The notes under the pieces: model-generated
What the model was told of the DNA's origin: nothing
The model's database searches: none
Seen by the model: only the letters and a program-made list of their open reading frames with translations
Program-made: the position numbers and the translations under genes
Shown: piece after piece, positions 40,301-48,996 of the stretch
How positions within the stretch are numbered: position 1 is the stretch's first letter
Layout of the letters: each line of letters opens with the position of its first letter
IMG/VR virus record: IMGVR_UViG_3300021255_003103
Span: 44,954-108,953 of that record
Direction: 5' to 3' (one strand)
Source: a virus
Lineage: Duplodnaviria; Heunggongvirae; Uroviricota; Caudoviricetes
Length of the DNA stretch: 64,000 nucleotides

Positions 40301-43300
40301 ACAATTGCCAACTGGCGATACTCAAGCTTTAGATAATGATGATAATAAAGTTTGGGATAACGAACATGTTTTAAGAATTGAAGGTTTGACAATTAATACA
40401 CCATTTTCTTCATTTATGTCAAATACTGATAGTGCAGGTGTTTCATTTGATGCTGTATATAATATTGTAGATAAATCAGGCAATGTTACAGATACTATTT
40501 ATAGATGGGAACAAGACTTTGAATTAATTTATCCAGATCCTGACGATATAGTAGGTAAGATTGATAATGTTACAATGAAAGATACGACTAAGTTTGGTTA
40601 TGATTCTAAATTTAAACGTACATGTCAGCCTTGGGTGGATTTCTTTAATTGGGTTACATCAACATATCAAAATCAAGAAAAATTCGAACAAGAAGCTTCA
40701 CAGCATTTTGATATTTATAAGATGGCTGCATATTATATTATGTTCTTAAGATTTGGTCTTGTTGACTCTGTTGAACGTAATGCGCAATGGAAAACATATG
40801 ATGGTAAACACTGGCATTGTGAATCTTGGGATATGGATATTGCTCTTGGTAATATGAACACTGGTGGTATTGCATTTGATCCACCTATTGATCGTAATTC
40901 TACATTTAAAACAGATACCACTACATATGCATATTCTGGTAAGACAACATCAACGTCTAATTGGATATGGGATGCATTTGAAAACTGGACTTATTGGAGT
41001 AAAGAAGTAGTACCAGCAGTAGCACAAGCTTTATATGAAGCTGGATTAACATATAATAACATTTCTAAAATGTTTGATGAAGAATACCAAGATAAATGGT
41101 GTGAAATTCTTTATAATGAATCAATGTCTTTTAAATATATTAAATCAAGAGGTAATAGTGATCAATGGTTAGCATGGTTACAAGGAGCTCGTACATCACA
41201 CAGACACTGGTGGTTAAGTACATCAATGAATTTCTGGGATTCAAAATGGACATGTGGTGATTATAAAAACCACAAAGTAACAATATTTGCAAACCATAAT
41301 AAGAGTACTTCAGGTAAAGAATATATTATTTGTAAGACAAATGGTTCAACGTATTTGTCAATGGTAAGAGAATCTACTACAATTGATTCTCAATACGCAA
41401 CGTTATCATCTCCAGCAAATTTTGATATTACTGATGTTGAAATGTCTAACAAGGTACAATTCCATATATATGGTGCAACATATATTGAAGAATTCGATGG
41501 TAGTGCATTTGCCAATGGTATAAGTACAATTACATTTGCTGGTGCATATGATGATGTATTAGGCGCTCCTTTAAAGAAAGTTAATTTAGGATGCCCTTAT
41601 GAAACATTAGCAACTGGTGAAATGATAGGTACATTTAATGGTATTTTAACAGGTATTACATTCTCAGATAGTTTTGGTAATGATGCTGCAAAGGGCTTAC
41701 AAGAATTAAATGTAACTGGTCAAATTAATTATGGAAGTAATTTATTAGTTCCTGAAATTGAAAAATTAAATAAAACAGAATTAAAGAATTTCTATGGAAA
41801 GGGTTCTGGTATAACATCATTCCATTCATCTCTTTCAGGTAATGCATTTGTCAATATTGAATTACCTGGTCATTTACGTATGTCTGATGGATCAAAAGAC
41901 ATAGGATTTACTGAATTAGTAATGACAAACTCTACATGGGAAAATCTTACATGGTATGATTCAGTTGTTGATTCTCATTATGAAACAATGACATATCTAG
42001 ATGAAAATGGAGTTGAAAAAGAAAAACAAGTACCAGTTGGAACAATTTCTTATGAACGTACATGTGTAGAAAAAGGTGATAGACATAATATACCATTTAC
42101 ATTAACAATTGTTAGATTTATTGGTTCTACAGGTAAGACTGAAAAATCAATGCGATTTGTATTAGATTGGATTAAATCAATTGAAGCATATTTGAGAAAT
42201 GCTATGAACAATGGAGCAATTGCACCAGGTGTAGGTGATTATGCTGAATGTGAAACTTTTGACGATATGTTAAAACATGAACTTAACCGTAGAACATTAG
42301 AAATTGATAATATTAAATGGGATCATACAACTATTAAAGATAATGAATTAATTACATATAAGCAATTACAATATATATCAATGTTTAATGATGGAAGAAA
42401 TAATGCAGATAATAATACACCATTATTAAAAGGATATATTGAAGTAAGTATGGATGATGGTGAACTATCTGTAGAACAATTGACTCAATTAAAAGAATGG
42501 TTTGGTAATCAGATATTTAGTATTAAATCAATTGGTGTTGGTTTAGTTATTGACCAGTCATTAAATTATATTAAAATTAATGTTGGTAATGCAAATGTTG
42601 AAACAAACCCAGATACTGGTGAACTTGAAATTTCAATTGAAGAAGGAAGCAGAGCAACATTATCTGCTACTAGATTCCAATTACAAGAAAACGATACTAC
42701 AACATATTGGGGAATTAAAGCACCTGGTTCAGCTGCTAATGCAGGTACTAGTTGGCAAGGATGTACGATAACAACTGGTAAAGATAAGTTAACATATTTG
42801 GATGTAGCAGAAACAGTATATGGAGATCGTACAATTGAAGTTACATGTTCTATGGTTGGTGAAGAATTATCGTCATCAGTATTAATACATATTAAAGCAG
42901 TTTCATATCCTGCAAGTATAAAATTAGCAGTGGATCAATCACGTAATGGAAGTAATGAAATGAATAGATTACGTGATTTTGCTGGTGCATATGTATATTG
43001 GAAAGGTGGATTAGTGGCAGAATTCTATCCTGAAATCAAATGGATAGAAGAATCATTTTCTGGTGATACTGTTGATGAATCTACTATAAGAAAAGCTAAA
43101 ATTGATGATATTATATATACATTGACAAATTCAAATGGTCAGAACATAATTAATCAAGTTTCATACAATACATTCCAAAAGGGTCAAAATTCAACAGGAA
43201 ACGTTAATGATAATTATATTACATATTATAATAATGCTACTCCAGAGCTTAAAGGTATTGTTTTAGGAGTACAAAATTTACCAGATCAAGGATCTGCAGA

Positions 43301-44045
43301 TTATAAATTAACAATAACTATAAGATATGCATCAAATAAAACTGTTATATTAACGACAAATATTATTATAATTGATGATGCTGTTGAAATAGTACAATAT
43401 AATAGTGGTTTATTGTTTGATGCATTAAAAGATCAATATTTAGCATGTAATAATGCAACAATAACACGTTCATTCTATAAATCAGATTTATTATCATTAA
43501 ATGGAACATTATCATTTACAGATTCAAAATATCAACTTTTGACTGATTTAACAACTATAGATCGTAAAAGTATTTTTGAATATTTACCAAATATTGAAGG
43601 TATTGATTTATCTGGATGCACTTCTCTAGACACATCTCCTGATGCGCCACCAACAGATTCTAGTGACGCACGTAGAAATTTTGTTATGAATAAATGCACT
43701 AAGCTTACAACATTTAATGTTACTGGATGTACATCACTCGGTAATGTATATAATACATTATCAAGATTTTATCAGATTGATTTAAGTAAATGCACAGCAA
43801 TTAAAACTGTAAAAGCGTATGGTACAAAAGTAGATATATTACTACCATCTAGTTCAAGCATACAGACATTAGAATTAGGTACGCCAAGACATATTGCATT
43901 AATAAATCAAAATGAATTATTTACTAATAAAGTTTCAGTACAAAATCCAGATAGTTTGGAAAGTGTTGTATTAAATACTGATTCTCAATCAAAAAATGAT
44001 TTATTTAGTACATTTGCACAAATTATATTAAATACAGAACTATGA
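37398..44045 (+). CDS. Giant (2215 aa) structural protein (tail fibre/baseplate candidate)
   Basis: 6.6 kb uninterrupted ATG ORF; Thr/Ser/Asn/Gly-rich; stop overlaps the next start (ATGA). Confidence 0.55.
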   Translation: MALFDERINEYVSWKDGKHYFSGKNVTDNMQPSGRVIRELLQERLRNPIFIPTKESVGTSTFIDDGYWRIFSSKDAYDLWLTDRVAYAELELAKFPKQSEYEFQLTGFENNARYVIEGSGNQANAELNYTWDIFKGQNPVNDSIIVTYTITNTNTRKTQSFTNMFTNAQKNVSINLYEYLGEGQNVVNINLQGINTSVSAGQTIFITMLQFKIEAEWNYSAYHKQGDPLMILNYRVLRNDTNAEVTVFGTIDNNDTVITDTFGKGFSDIQKTNIAIPNNNRWVSSSDGNPVKHNLQMWAQTSYNGTLFTSNILYYEFEFASEESLINHFINLSTSISSEDKSSIPVINPTLIATQYISTKISYGYYTDSASLDASISVNWKLIKENSTDEQIIGTYDISKNTTSVLEFIPIIATEAKKSVYLVATYGSGVDEEELLKILISITPNTGFMEQSGYVLKLNAYGKQNNDNVEQTWEYGSSSNKIITRFEGIDWTDNKGWYNNSFRTFGTDSYAEIQYAPLVDISQGKTIEIDFESEKVSNLNDVLILIGNKNGARIEITPNSATLYNAANVNVIETNFKANERLHLCFIFNKTETNSDKSDLIFITNNGILERAVSGLGSTFTSNGNIKIGGSRSGVRVYSIRVYDFALSYTNAYNNYLFDSEDKIAIKTKNAVINESTNIIDYDLCRNKIDTILIKGDLSNLLKATTDKDQSTTDVEILRVCPYDSNYNFTCTGGMIRKHGQSTLNYPVPSMKIWFNKSKSGATPVFQCSGQESEGYAKNRYRMKANSIPSNKFVLQANYSDSSGVHNGSLQRLINETWYNAKINGEYKLRTIPQLFTSNQKITRNNSNLYDQLDTNSNLTLGTNTDGKQWKDYTNNQFPYIYSDSNNKMHNGLQIGPDSFPCVVFYEDTSSSGNTTFLGLYVFMEDKKADFIYGERSIYYYDNGSGHTLADDPFVLKTENTKKGKYAIQLPTGDTQALDNDDNKVWDNEHVLRIEGLTINTPFSSFMSNTDSAGVSFDAVYNIVDKSGNVTDTIYRWEQDFELIYPDPDDIVGKIDNVTMKDTTKFGYDSKFKRTCQPWVDFFNWVTSTYQNQEKFEQEASQHFDIYKMAAYYIMFLRFGLVDSVERNAQWKTYDGKHWHCESWDMDIALGNMNTGGIAFDPPIDRNSTFKTDTTTYAYSGKTTSTSNWIWDAFENWTYWSKEVVPAVAQALYEAGLTYNNISKMFDEEYQDKWCEILYNESMSFKYIKSRGNSDQWLAWLQGARTSHRHWWLSTSMNFWDSKWTCGDYKNHKVTIFANHNKSTSGKEYIICKTNGSTYLSMVRESTTIDSQYATLSSPANFDITDVEMSNKVQFHIYGATYIEEFDGSAFANGISTITFAGAYDDVLGAPLKKVNLGCPYETLATGEMIGTFNGILTGITFSDSFGNDAAKGLQELNVTGQINYGSNLLVPEIEKLNKTELKNFYGKGSGITSFHSSLSGNAFVNIELPGHLRMSDGSKDIGFTELVMTNSTWENLTWYDSVVDSHYETMTYLDENGVEKEKQVPVGTISYERTCVEKGDRHNIPFTLTIVRFIGSTGKTEKSMRFVLDWIKSIEAYLRNAMNNGAIAPGVGDYAECETFDDMLKHELNRRTLEIDNIKWDHTTIKDNELITYKQLQYISMFNDGRNNADNNTPLLKGYIEVSMDDGELSVEQLTQLKEWFGNQIFSIKSIGVGLVIDQSLNYIKINVGNANVETNPDTGELEISIEEGSRATLSATRFQLQENDTTTYWGIKAPGSAANAGTSWQGCTITTGKDKLTYLDVAETVYGDRTIEVTCSMVGEELSSSVLIHIKAVSYPASIKLAVDQSRNGSNEMNRLRDFAGAYVYWKGGLVAEFYPEIKWIEESFSGDTVDESTIRKAKIDDIIYTLTNSNGQNIINQVSYNTFQKGQNSTGNVNDNYITYYNNATPELKGIVLGVQNLPDQGSADYKLTITIRYASNKTVILTTNIIIIDDAVEIVQYNSGLLFDALKDQYLACNNATITRSFYKSDLLSLNGTLSFTDSKYQLLTDLTTIDRKSIFEYLPNIEGIDLSGCTSLDTSPDAPPTDSSDARRNFVMNKCTKLTTFNVTGCTSLGNVYNTLSRFYQIDLSKCTAIKTVKAYGTKVDILLPSSSSIQTLELGTPRHIALINQNELFTNKVSVQNPDSLESVVLNTDSQSKNDLFSTFAQIILNTEL

Positions 44046-45106
44046 ACATAAATACTATTAATATTCAACAATCATTAAATGTTACTGAAGAAATACCTCA
44101 TTCTGTATTAGGTGAAATATATAATATATTTAAAAATCCTAATTTTAATATTAGACAATCAATTTTAAGAGGCAAAGTATCAGTTGATTTTTCATATAGA
44201 AGTTGGATATCTGAATTACAAAATAGATGGAACAGTTTTCAAATTACAGCACGTGATTATTATCAGGACTGGGATGATTTAGCTTTTAGAACTGGTATTT
44301 CTAAACTTTGGGGTGACGGATATGGAGTTACACCAACACAATTAAATAAAAGCTTACAGTTTGGATGCTCTGAAAATGAATGTAAAAATGGTCCATTTTG
44401 GCATAATACTGAAGTTGAAGTTGTAGATCTTAGACCTTTTAAAAATATAGATAAAATAGATAGCGAATGGAATAGATTTAGATTTCATGGGCATAATGAA
44501 AACTGGGATTTTTCACAAATGAAATTAAAAGAAATTTATGTTCAAGCTAATTCAGGTACATTAAAGCCAGATTTTTGGGGTGGAAACGATAATGGAGAAC
44601 ATTTAGAAAAACTATGGGTTGAAGGAAATAAAAATCCAGCAATGCCAATCATGAAATGGAGTATTGCTAATGGATATAACACCGGTAAGACAATAATAGA
44701 TCATTTATATTATAGAAATAATTGTACTGTTGATACTGGAAATCAAATTGAAAGGCCAAATGGAACAAAATTTAAATATTTAAGTGTACTTAGTTATGCT
44801 GGCTGGCAATTTAGAGGATGGTATCCTCAAAATATAATATTAGATAGTCCAATACCAATAATGGTTGGAGAAAAATTGAGTTTTGGTAATGGTTTAAGTA
44901 ATACAACAATATATGTTCCAGATCATCAACTAAATGATTATACTATTTTATATAATCAAGTTGGAGATGATCATTCTGTTAGAATATTTTCATGGACTAC
45001 ATATAATGCAAATTTCGTTAAAATGAGAGAATGGTATAAATATGATGGAATAACTTTATATGATGATCCAACAGCATACATGTTTGCTGATGGTAATAAC
45101 TATTAA
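44042..45106 (+). CDS. Hypothetical structural-module protein (354 aa), translationally coupled to the giant ORF
   Basis: ATGA overlap with the upstream gene; a terminator follows. Confidence 0.5.
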   Translation: MNINTINIQQSLNVTEEIPHSVLGEIYNIFKNPNFNIRQSILRGKVSVDFSYRSWISELQNRWNSFQITARDYYQDWDDLAFRTGISKLWGDGYGVTPTQLNKSLQFGCSENECKNGPFWHNTEVEVVDLRPFKNIDKIDSEWNRFRFHGHNENWDFSQMKLKEIYVQANSGTLKPDFWGGNDNGEHLEKLWVEGNKNPAMPIMKWSIANGYNTGKTIIDHLYYRNNCTVDTGNQIERPNGTKFKYLSVLSYAGWQFRGWYPQNIILDSPIPIMVGEKLSFGNGLSNTTIYVPDHQLNDYTILYNQVGDDHSVRIFSWTTYNANFVKMREWYKYDGITLYDDPTAYMFADGNNY

Positions 45107-45109
45107 TTA

Positions 45110-45145
45110 AGAGCGATATACTTTAAAGTATATCGCTTTTTAATA
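45110..45145 (+). terminator. Intrinsic terminator (agagcgatatactt..aagtatatcgct + TTTTAAT)
   Basis: 12-13-bp inverted repeat plus T-run. Confidence 0.75.
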
Positions 45146-45277
45146 CATTATCTCCTAAAATATTTATTTTTATTAAAATATGAAATATAAAATCATTAAA
45201 TATGAATTTAATAATTTATATTTTATTATTTTTATTTGGTTTGTAAATATAACAAATATATACATATTATGTAGCAT

Positions 45278-47014
45278 ATGACAAATAAACGTTGCTTGGT
45301 TTATGAGACTTTAGGAAGCGTTTCAAATCTTCAAGTGTCAGAAGCTAAAGGCGATGGTTTAATGCGTTTGCAAGGTGTATTTGGTGTTTGCGGTGTAAAG
45401 AATCAAAATAATCGTGTATATGACAAAGATAATTATGCACAGATGGTTGAATCTTTACAAAAAAAGATTAAAGAATCTGGTTGTCCAGGAGAATTGGAAC
45501 ATCCTAATTCAATGAACATAAATCTTGAAAATGTATCTCACAAAATTGAAGATATTCAGATGAATGAAGATGGTACAATTACAGGTTCAATTGTTCTTTT
45601 AAATACTCCTAAAGGTCAAATTGCAAAAGCTATCGTTGAAGGCGGTCTTCCACTTTTTATTTCGTCACGTGGTGCTGGTACAATTACTAATGAAGGTCGT
45701 GTAACATTATCTACAATACAGACATATGATTTAGTAGGTACTCCAGGATTTAGTCAAGCTAAGCTCACATTATCAAATAATCAAAAACTTGAATGTTTGA
45801 ATGAAGGTCTAGAAGATAATAATGAAACTTGGGTTATTGTTGAAGGTGATGATCTTTTAGGAGATGAAGATAATAAAGATGATAATAAAGATCCTAAAGA
45901 TAATAAAGATTCAAAAACCAATAAAGATAATGATCCAAAAAATGGTGACAAACCTAAAGATGACGATAACAAAAATAATGACGATAAAGACATCAATATG
46001 AAAGAACTTAAAGAAGCTATTGATAAGCTTACTGAGAAAGTAACATCTCTCGAAGCTGAACTTCATGTAGCTCAAGAATCTTTAAACGAAACACAAAATG
46101 AAGTAAAGTCATTTAAGCCAACAAATTATGACGGTATTCAAAAGTGGGTTGTTGAACAATTTGCTCCAGAGTTCCAAAAAAAAATCAATGAAAGCTTAAA
46201 TACTTTAATAAGTGAAAAGTTTAATGATGATTCTTCAGAAGATATGCAAGAATCTATTAAATCTTGGGTTGTTGAAGAATTTGCTCCATTAGTACAAGGT
46301 TGGATTACTGAAGAATTTTCACCAGAAATTCAAAATTGGATTACTGAAGAATACTCACCAGAAATTCAAAAATGGATTGTTGAAGAATACTCACCAGAAA
46401 TTCAAAAATGGATTGTTGAAGAATACTCACCAGAAATTCAAGGTTGGATTACTGAAGAATACTCACCAGAAATTCAAAATTGGATTACTGAAGAATACTC
46501 ACCAGAAATTCAAGGTTGGATTACTGAAGAATTTGCTCCTACCGTTGAAAATTGGTTAATGGAAGAATATACTCCTGAACAATCATTAATTATTGAAAAG
46601 AAAGTAAATGAAAATGTATCTGCATTTATGGAATCACAAAAAGCAGGTCGTCTTGATGAAATTGACGGTTTACTTGAATCTATTGCTGCTGAAGGAAACA
46701 ATGATGTTCAAAAAATTGTTAAAGAGCAACAAGAGGAAAATAAGTATAAAGGAATATATGTAGTAGAAAATATGCCAGCTGAATATCTTCCATCTTGGAA
46801 TATGCTTAATGAAGCTGCACAACAATTAATTATTAGAAGTTCAAAAATGTATGACTTTACTAAAGAAGGCGTACTTGAATCATTCTGGGCTAATGTAGAT
46901 TTTGGTAAGAATGCTGAAGAAACAAAGCCAGTTGTAGAATCAAAGAATCCTATTCAAAATTATCAAAATAATATTATAGCTAACATGAAGAGACTTCGTG
47001 GTTTGAACTACTAA
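45278..47014 (+). CDS. Prohead protease (T4 gp21-like) fused to an acidic repeat-containing scaffold-like C-terminal region
   Basis: The N-terminal ~180 aa (LQGVFGVCGVKNQNNRVYDKDNY...GELEHP...SSRGAGT) aligns with T4 gp21 (GIFMQAEVVNRNKRLYPKRIL...). Downstream is a poly-acidic KD/ND-rich linker, a coiled-coil segment, and 7-8 tandem 14-aa repeats WI(T/V)EE(Y/F)SPEIQ(N/K/G). Confidence 0.6.
   Translation: MTNKRCLVYETLGSVSNLQVSEAKGDGLMRLQGVFGVCGVKNQNNRVYDKDNYAQMVESLQKKIKESGCPGELEHPNSMNINLENVSHKIEDIQMNEDGTITGSIVLLNTPKGQIAKAIVEGGLPLFISSRGAGTITNEGRVTLSTIQTYDLVGTPGFSQAKLTLSNNQKLECLNEGLEDNNETWVIVEGDDLLGDEDNKDDNKDPKDNKDSKTNKDNDPKNGDKPKDDDNKNNDDKDINMKELKEAIDKLTEKVTSLEAELHVAQESLNETQNEVKSFKPTNYDGIQKWVVEQFAPEFQKKINESLNTLISEKFNDDSSEDMQESIKSWVVEEFAPLVQGWITEEFSPEIQNWITEEYSPEIQKWIVEEYSPEIQKWIVEEYSPEIQGWITEEYSPEIQNWITEEYSPEIQGWITEEFAPTVENWLMEEYTPEQSLIIEKKVNENVSAFMESQKAGRLDEIDGLLESIAAEGNNDVQKIVKEQQEENKYKGIYVVENMPAEYLPSWNMLNEAAQQLIIRSSKMYDFTKEGVLESFWANVDFGKNAEETKPVVESKNPIQNYQNNIIANMKRLRGLNY
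46262..46586 (+). repeat. 42-nt (14-codon) in-frame tandem repeats (x7-8) inside the protease/scaffold gene
   Basis: The repeated peptide WITEEYSPEIQNW is visible in the translation; the same stretch yields a repetitive alternative-frame artefact ORF (46377..46559). Confidence 0.8.
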
Positions 47015-47112
47015 ATTTACTTAAATTTTCAATAGGATAAGAAAATTTTTATTTTTATATAAATTAAAATTCTCAATAGAGAAATAACAAATAAATTTTG
47101 ATTATAAATAAT

Positions 47113-48882
47113 ATGTTTAATGAACAAAATGGCGCAGTTACATGGGAAAAAATGTTGAAGGAAAACTTTAACGTTAATGACCAGGAAAAACTTAACTGGG
47201 TTTCTCAATATGCTGCAATTCATGAAATTCATGAATCACAATTAGGTATTAATACTGGTAATGTAGTTCCATCTACAGCTCATCCAGGTGTTAGCCCTAT
47301 TTATGCAACTCCAATGAATACTCTTGGCATTGGTAATCCAACAGCTCCTAGCCAATTAGATCCAATGAGTACAGCACCTTATAATGCTGCTAATCCAACA
47401 GGTTCATTCTGGGGTCAAACTCCAGGTTCAGGTGATATTCCAGTATCAACACTTCCAATGGCTCTTAACATTGCATTGTTAACTATTGGTCTTGAACTTG
47501 TTCCAGTTATTCCTTCTAAAGGTCCTTGGGCTATGTTAACATATATGGACTTCCCATATGCTGGTGGTAAGCTCGGTCGTGTAAACGAAACATCATTTGA
47601 TGGTAAGGGTGAAGGTAATGAAAACAAGCCTATCTACATTAAGATTAAAGGTCTTACACTTACTCAAATTGCTGGTATTCGTGGAGCAATGGAAGCTGGT
47701 GATGTAAAAGCTGATTCTGTTGTTGAAGTTGGTGGTTTCAAAGGTAAGTTTATCATGCTTGGTCGTATGGATGCTTGCCCACTTGTTAAAGTTGTAGAAT
47801 GCTCTGCTGCTAATAAATCAATTCGTGAAGAATTTGGTGCTGCTACAACAGTTAAGATTGGTACTCACACAATTACATTAGAAGCTGCTTCTGAAGGTAA
47901 GGCTGCACAAGCTGTTGAAGCTGATTTCGTTCAAACTTCAGTTGATTTAGTTGATGGTTTTGCTAACTTCTTTGATGGTAGTAAGAATCCTATGACACGT
48001 GCTCAAAACGAAACTGGTACAGGTAATGTAATTGGTCTTCGTTTATTCAGCAAGTGGATCCAAATGGGTTCATACGAAGTAACTGGTACTGTTACACGTC
48101 AACAACTTCAAGATCTTCCTCTTTATGGTGTTGACGCAGTATCTAAAGTTATGGAAGCTCTCCAAAACGAAATTACACAACACATCAACCAACGTATTCT
48201 TGAAAGAGTATTTGCACTTGGTGTTACTAACGCTGTACAGCAAAAGGCTCGTCAAGGTGTAGATCTTAACCTTTATATGGGTAACGGTGGCGCTGATATT
48301 CCATTTGCTACTGCATTCCCAGGTGTTCCACACTTCACAGATATCTATGGACATGATCATAAAGCTGATTGGGGTAACGTAAAGAATGCTGAAGTTAATA
48401 CTTCTGCTGAAAATCTTGCAACACGTCAACGTCGTATTATGTCTAAGTTACTTGCTGCTGCTAACTTAATCCAATTAGTAGGTCGTCGTGGTCGTCCAAC
48501 ATGGGTTGTAACAAACGGACAAGTTGCTACTGCACTTCAAGATGTTTCAGGTTATGTTGTAGCTCCAATGCTTAACACAATGTCTCAAGCTAATACACAA
48601 AACTTATACCATGCAGGTACAGTTGCTGGTCTTCAAATCTATGTTGATCCATATATGGACTGGAATGATACACGTATCTGTATTGGCCGTAAGGGTGATG
48701 GTAATTCACCAGGTGTTATCTTTATGCCTTATATCCTTGCTGATACAGTTTCTATTACTGCAGAAGGTACAATGGCTCCAAAGATGCTTGTTAACTCAAG
48801 ATATACTATTGCAGAAGCTGGCTTCTATCCAGAACTCCAATATCTCACAATCGCAGTTGGTTCAGCATTTGGAATTATCTAA
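47113..48882 (+). CDS. Major capsid protein, T4 gp23-like
   Basis: Blockwise similarity to T4 gp23: ALNIALLTIGLELVPVIPSKGPWAML vs AIPNLIAFDICGVQPMNSPTGQVFAL; PTWVVTNGQVATALQDVSG vs GNFIIASRNVVNVLASVDTG; LQIYVDPYMDWNDTRICIGRKG vs YRVYIDQYAKQDYFTVGYKG. ORF-track start 47098 is TTG; ATG is at 47113. Gene order protease-scaffold then MCP is as in T4. Confidence 0.7.
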   Translation: MFNEQNGAVTWEKMLKENFNVNDQEKLNWVSQYAAIHEIHESQLGINTGNVVPSTAHPGVSPIYATPMNTLGIGNPTAPSQLDPMSTAPYNAANPTGSFWGQTPGSGDIPVSTLPMALNIALLTIGLELVPVIPSKGPWAMLTYMDFPYAGGKLGRVNETSFDGKGEGNENKPIYIKIKGLTLTQIAGIRGAMEAGDVKADSVVEVGGFKGKFIMLGRMDACPLVKVVECSAANKSIREEFGAATTVKIGTHTITLEAASEGKAAQAVEADFVQTSVDLVDGFANFFDGSKNPMTRAQNETGTGNVIGLRLFSKWIQMGSYEVTGTVTRQQLQDLPLYGVDAVSKVMEALQNEITQHINQRILERVFALGVTNAVQQKARQGVDLNLYMGNGGADIPFATAFPGVPHFTDIYGHDHKADWGNVKNAEVNTSAENLATRQRRIMSKLLAAANLIQLVGRRGRPTWVVTNGQVATALQDVSGYVVAPMLNTMSQANTQNLYHAGTVAGLQIYVDPYMDWNDTRICIGRKGDGNSPGVIFMPYILADTVSITAEGTMAPKMLVNSRYTIAEAGFYPELQYLTIAVGSAFGII

Positions 48883-48941
48883 GATATATATTAAGGCACA
48901 ATTCTCGCCTCTATATATTAATCCGATTCGTAAGAATCACA

Positions 48942-48972
48942 TTAGGAGTAGCATATGCTACTCCTTTTTTAT
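48942..48972 (+). terminator. Intrinsic terminator (aggagtagcat-atgctactcct + TTTTTTATT)
   Basis: Perfect 11-bp palindrome plus T6; the stem resembles the 6123/6226 terminators. Confidence 0.85.
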
Positions 48973-48996
48973 TAATTAATATATTTTTATCATAAT

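Noticed and set aside
46377-46559. Alternative-frame ORF encoding LLKNTHQKFK repeats inside the protease/scaffold gene
   Set aside because: It is the out-of-frame reading of the 42-nt tandem repeats. The in-frame reading (WITEEYSPEIQ) belongs to a 578-aa ORF with a recognisable protease domain.
47098-47112. ORF-track start positions at 47098, 12249, 17429, 24196, 34812, 8425 and 55071
   Set aside because: The sequence at each shows TTG or another non-ATG codon followed within a few codons by an ATG (47113, 12252, 17432, 24217, 34821, 8482, 55209). The downstream ATG gives better-spaced genes or exposes the family tag directly.
48611-48979. Plus-strand ORF 48611..48979 overlapping the 3' end of the capsid gene in another frame
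   Set aside because: It overlaps the conserved C-terminal region of the gp23-like protein and reads through the terminator hairpin, so it is very likely spurious.
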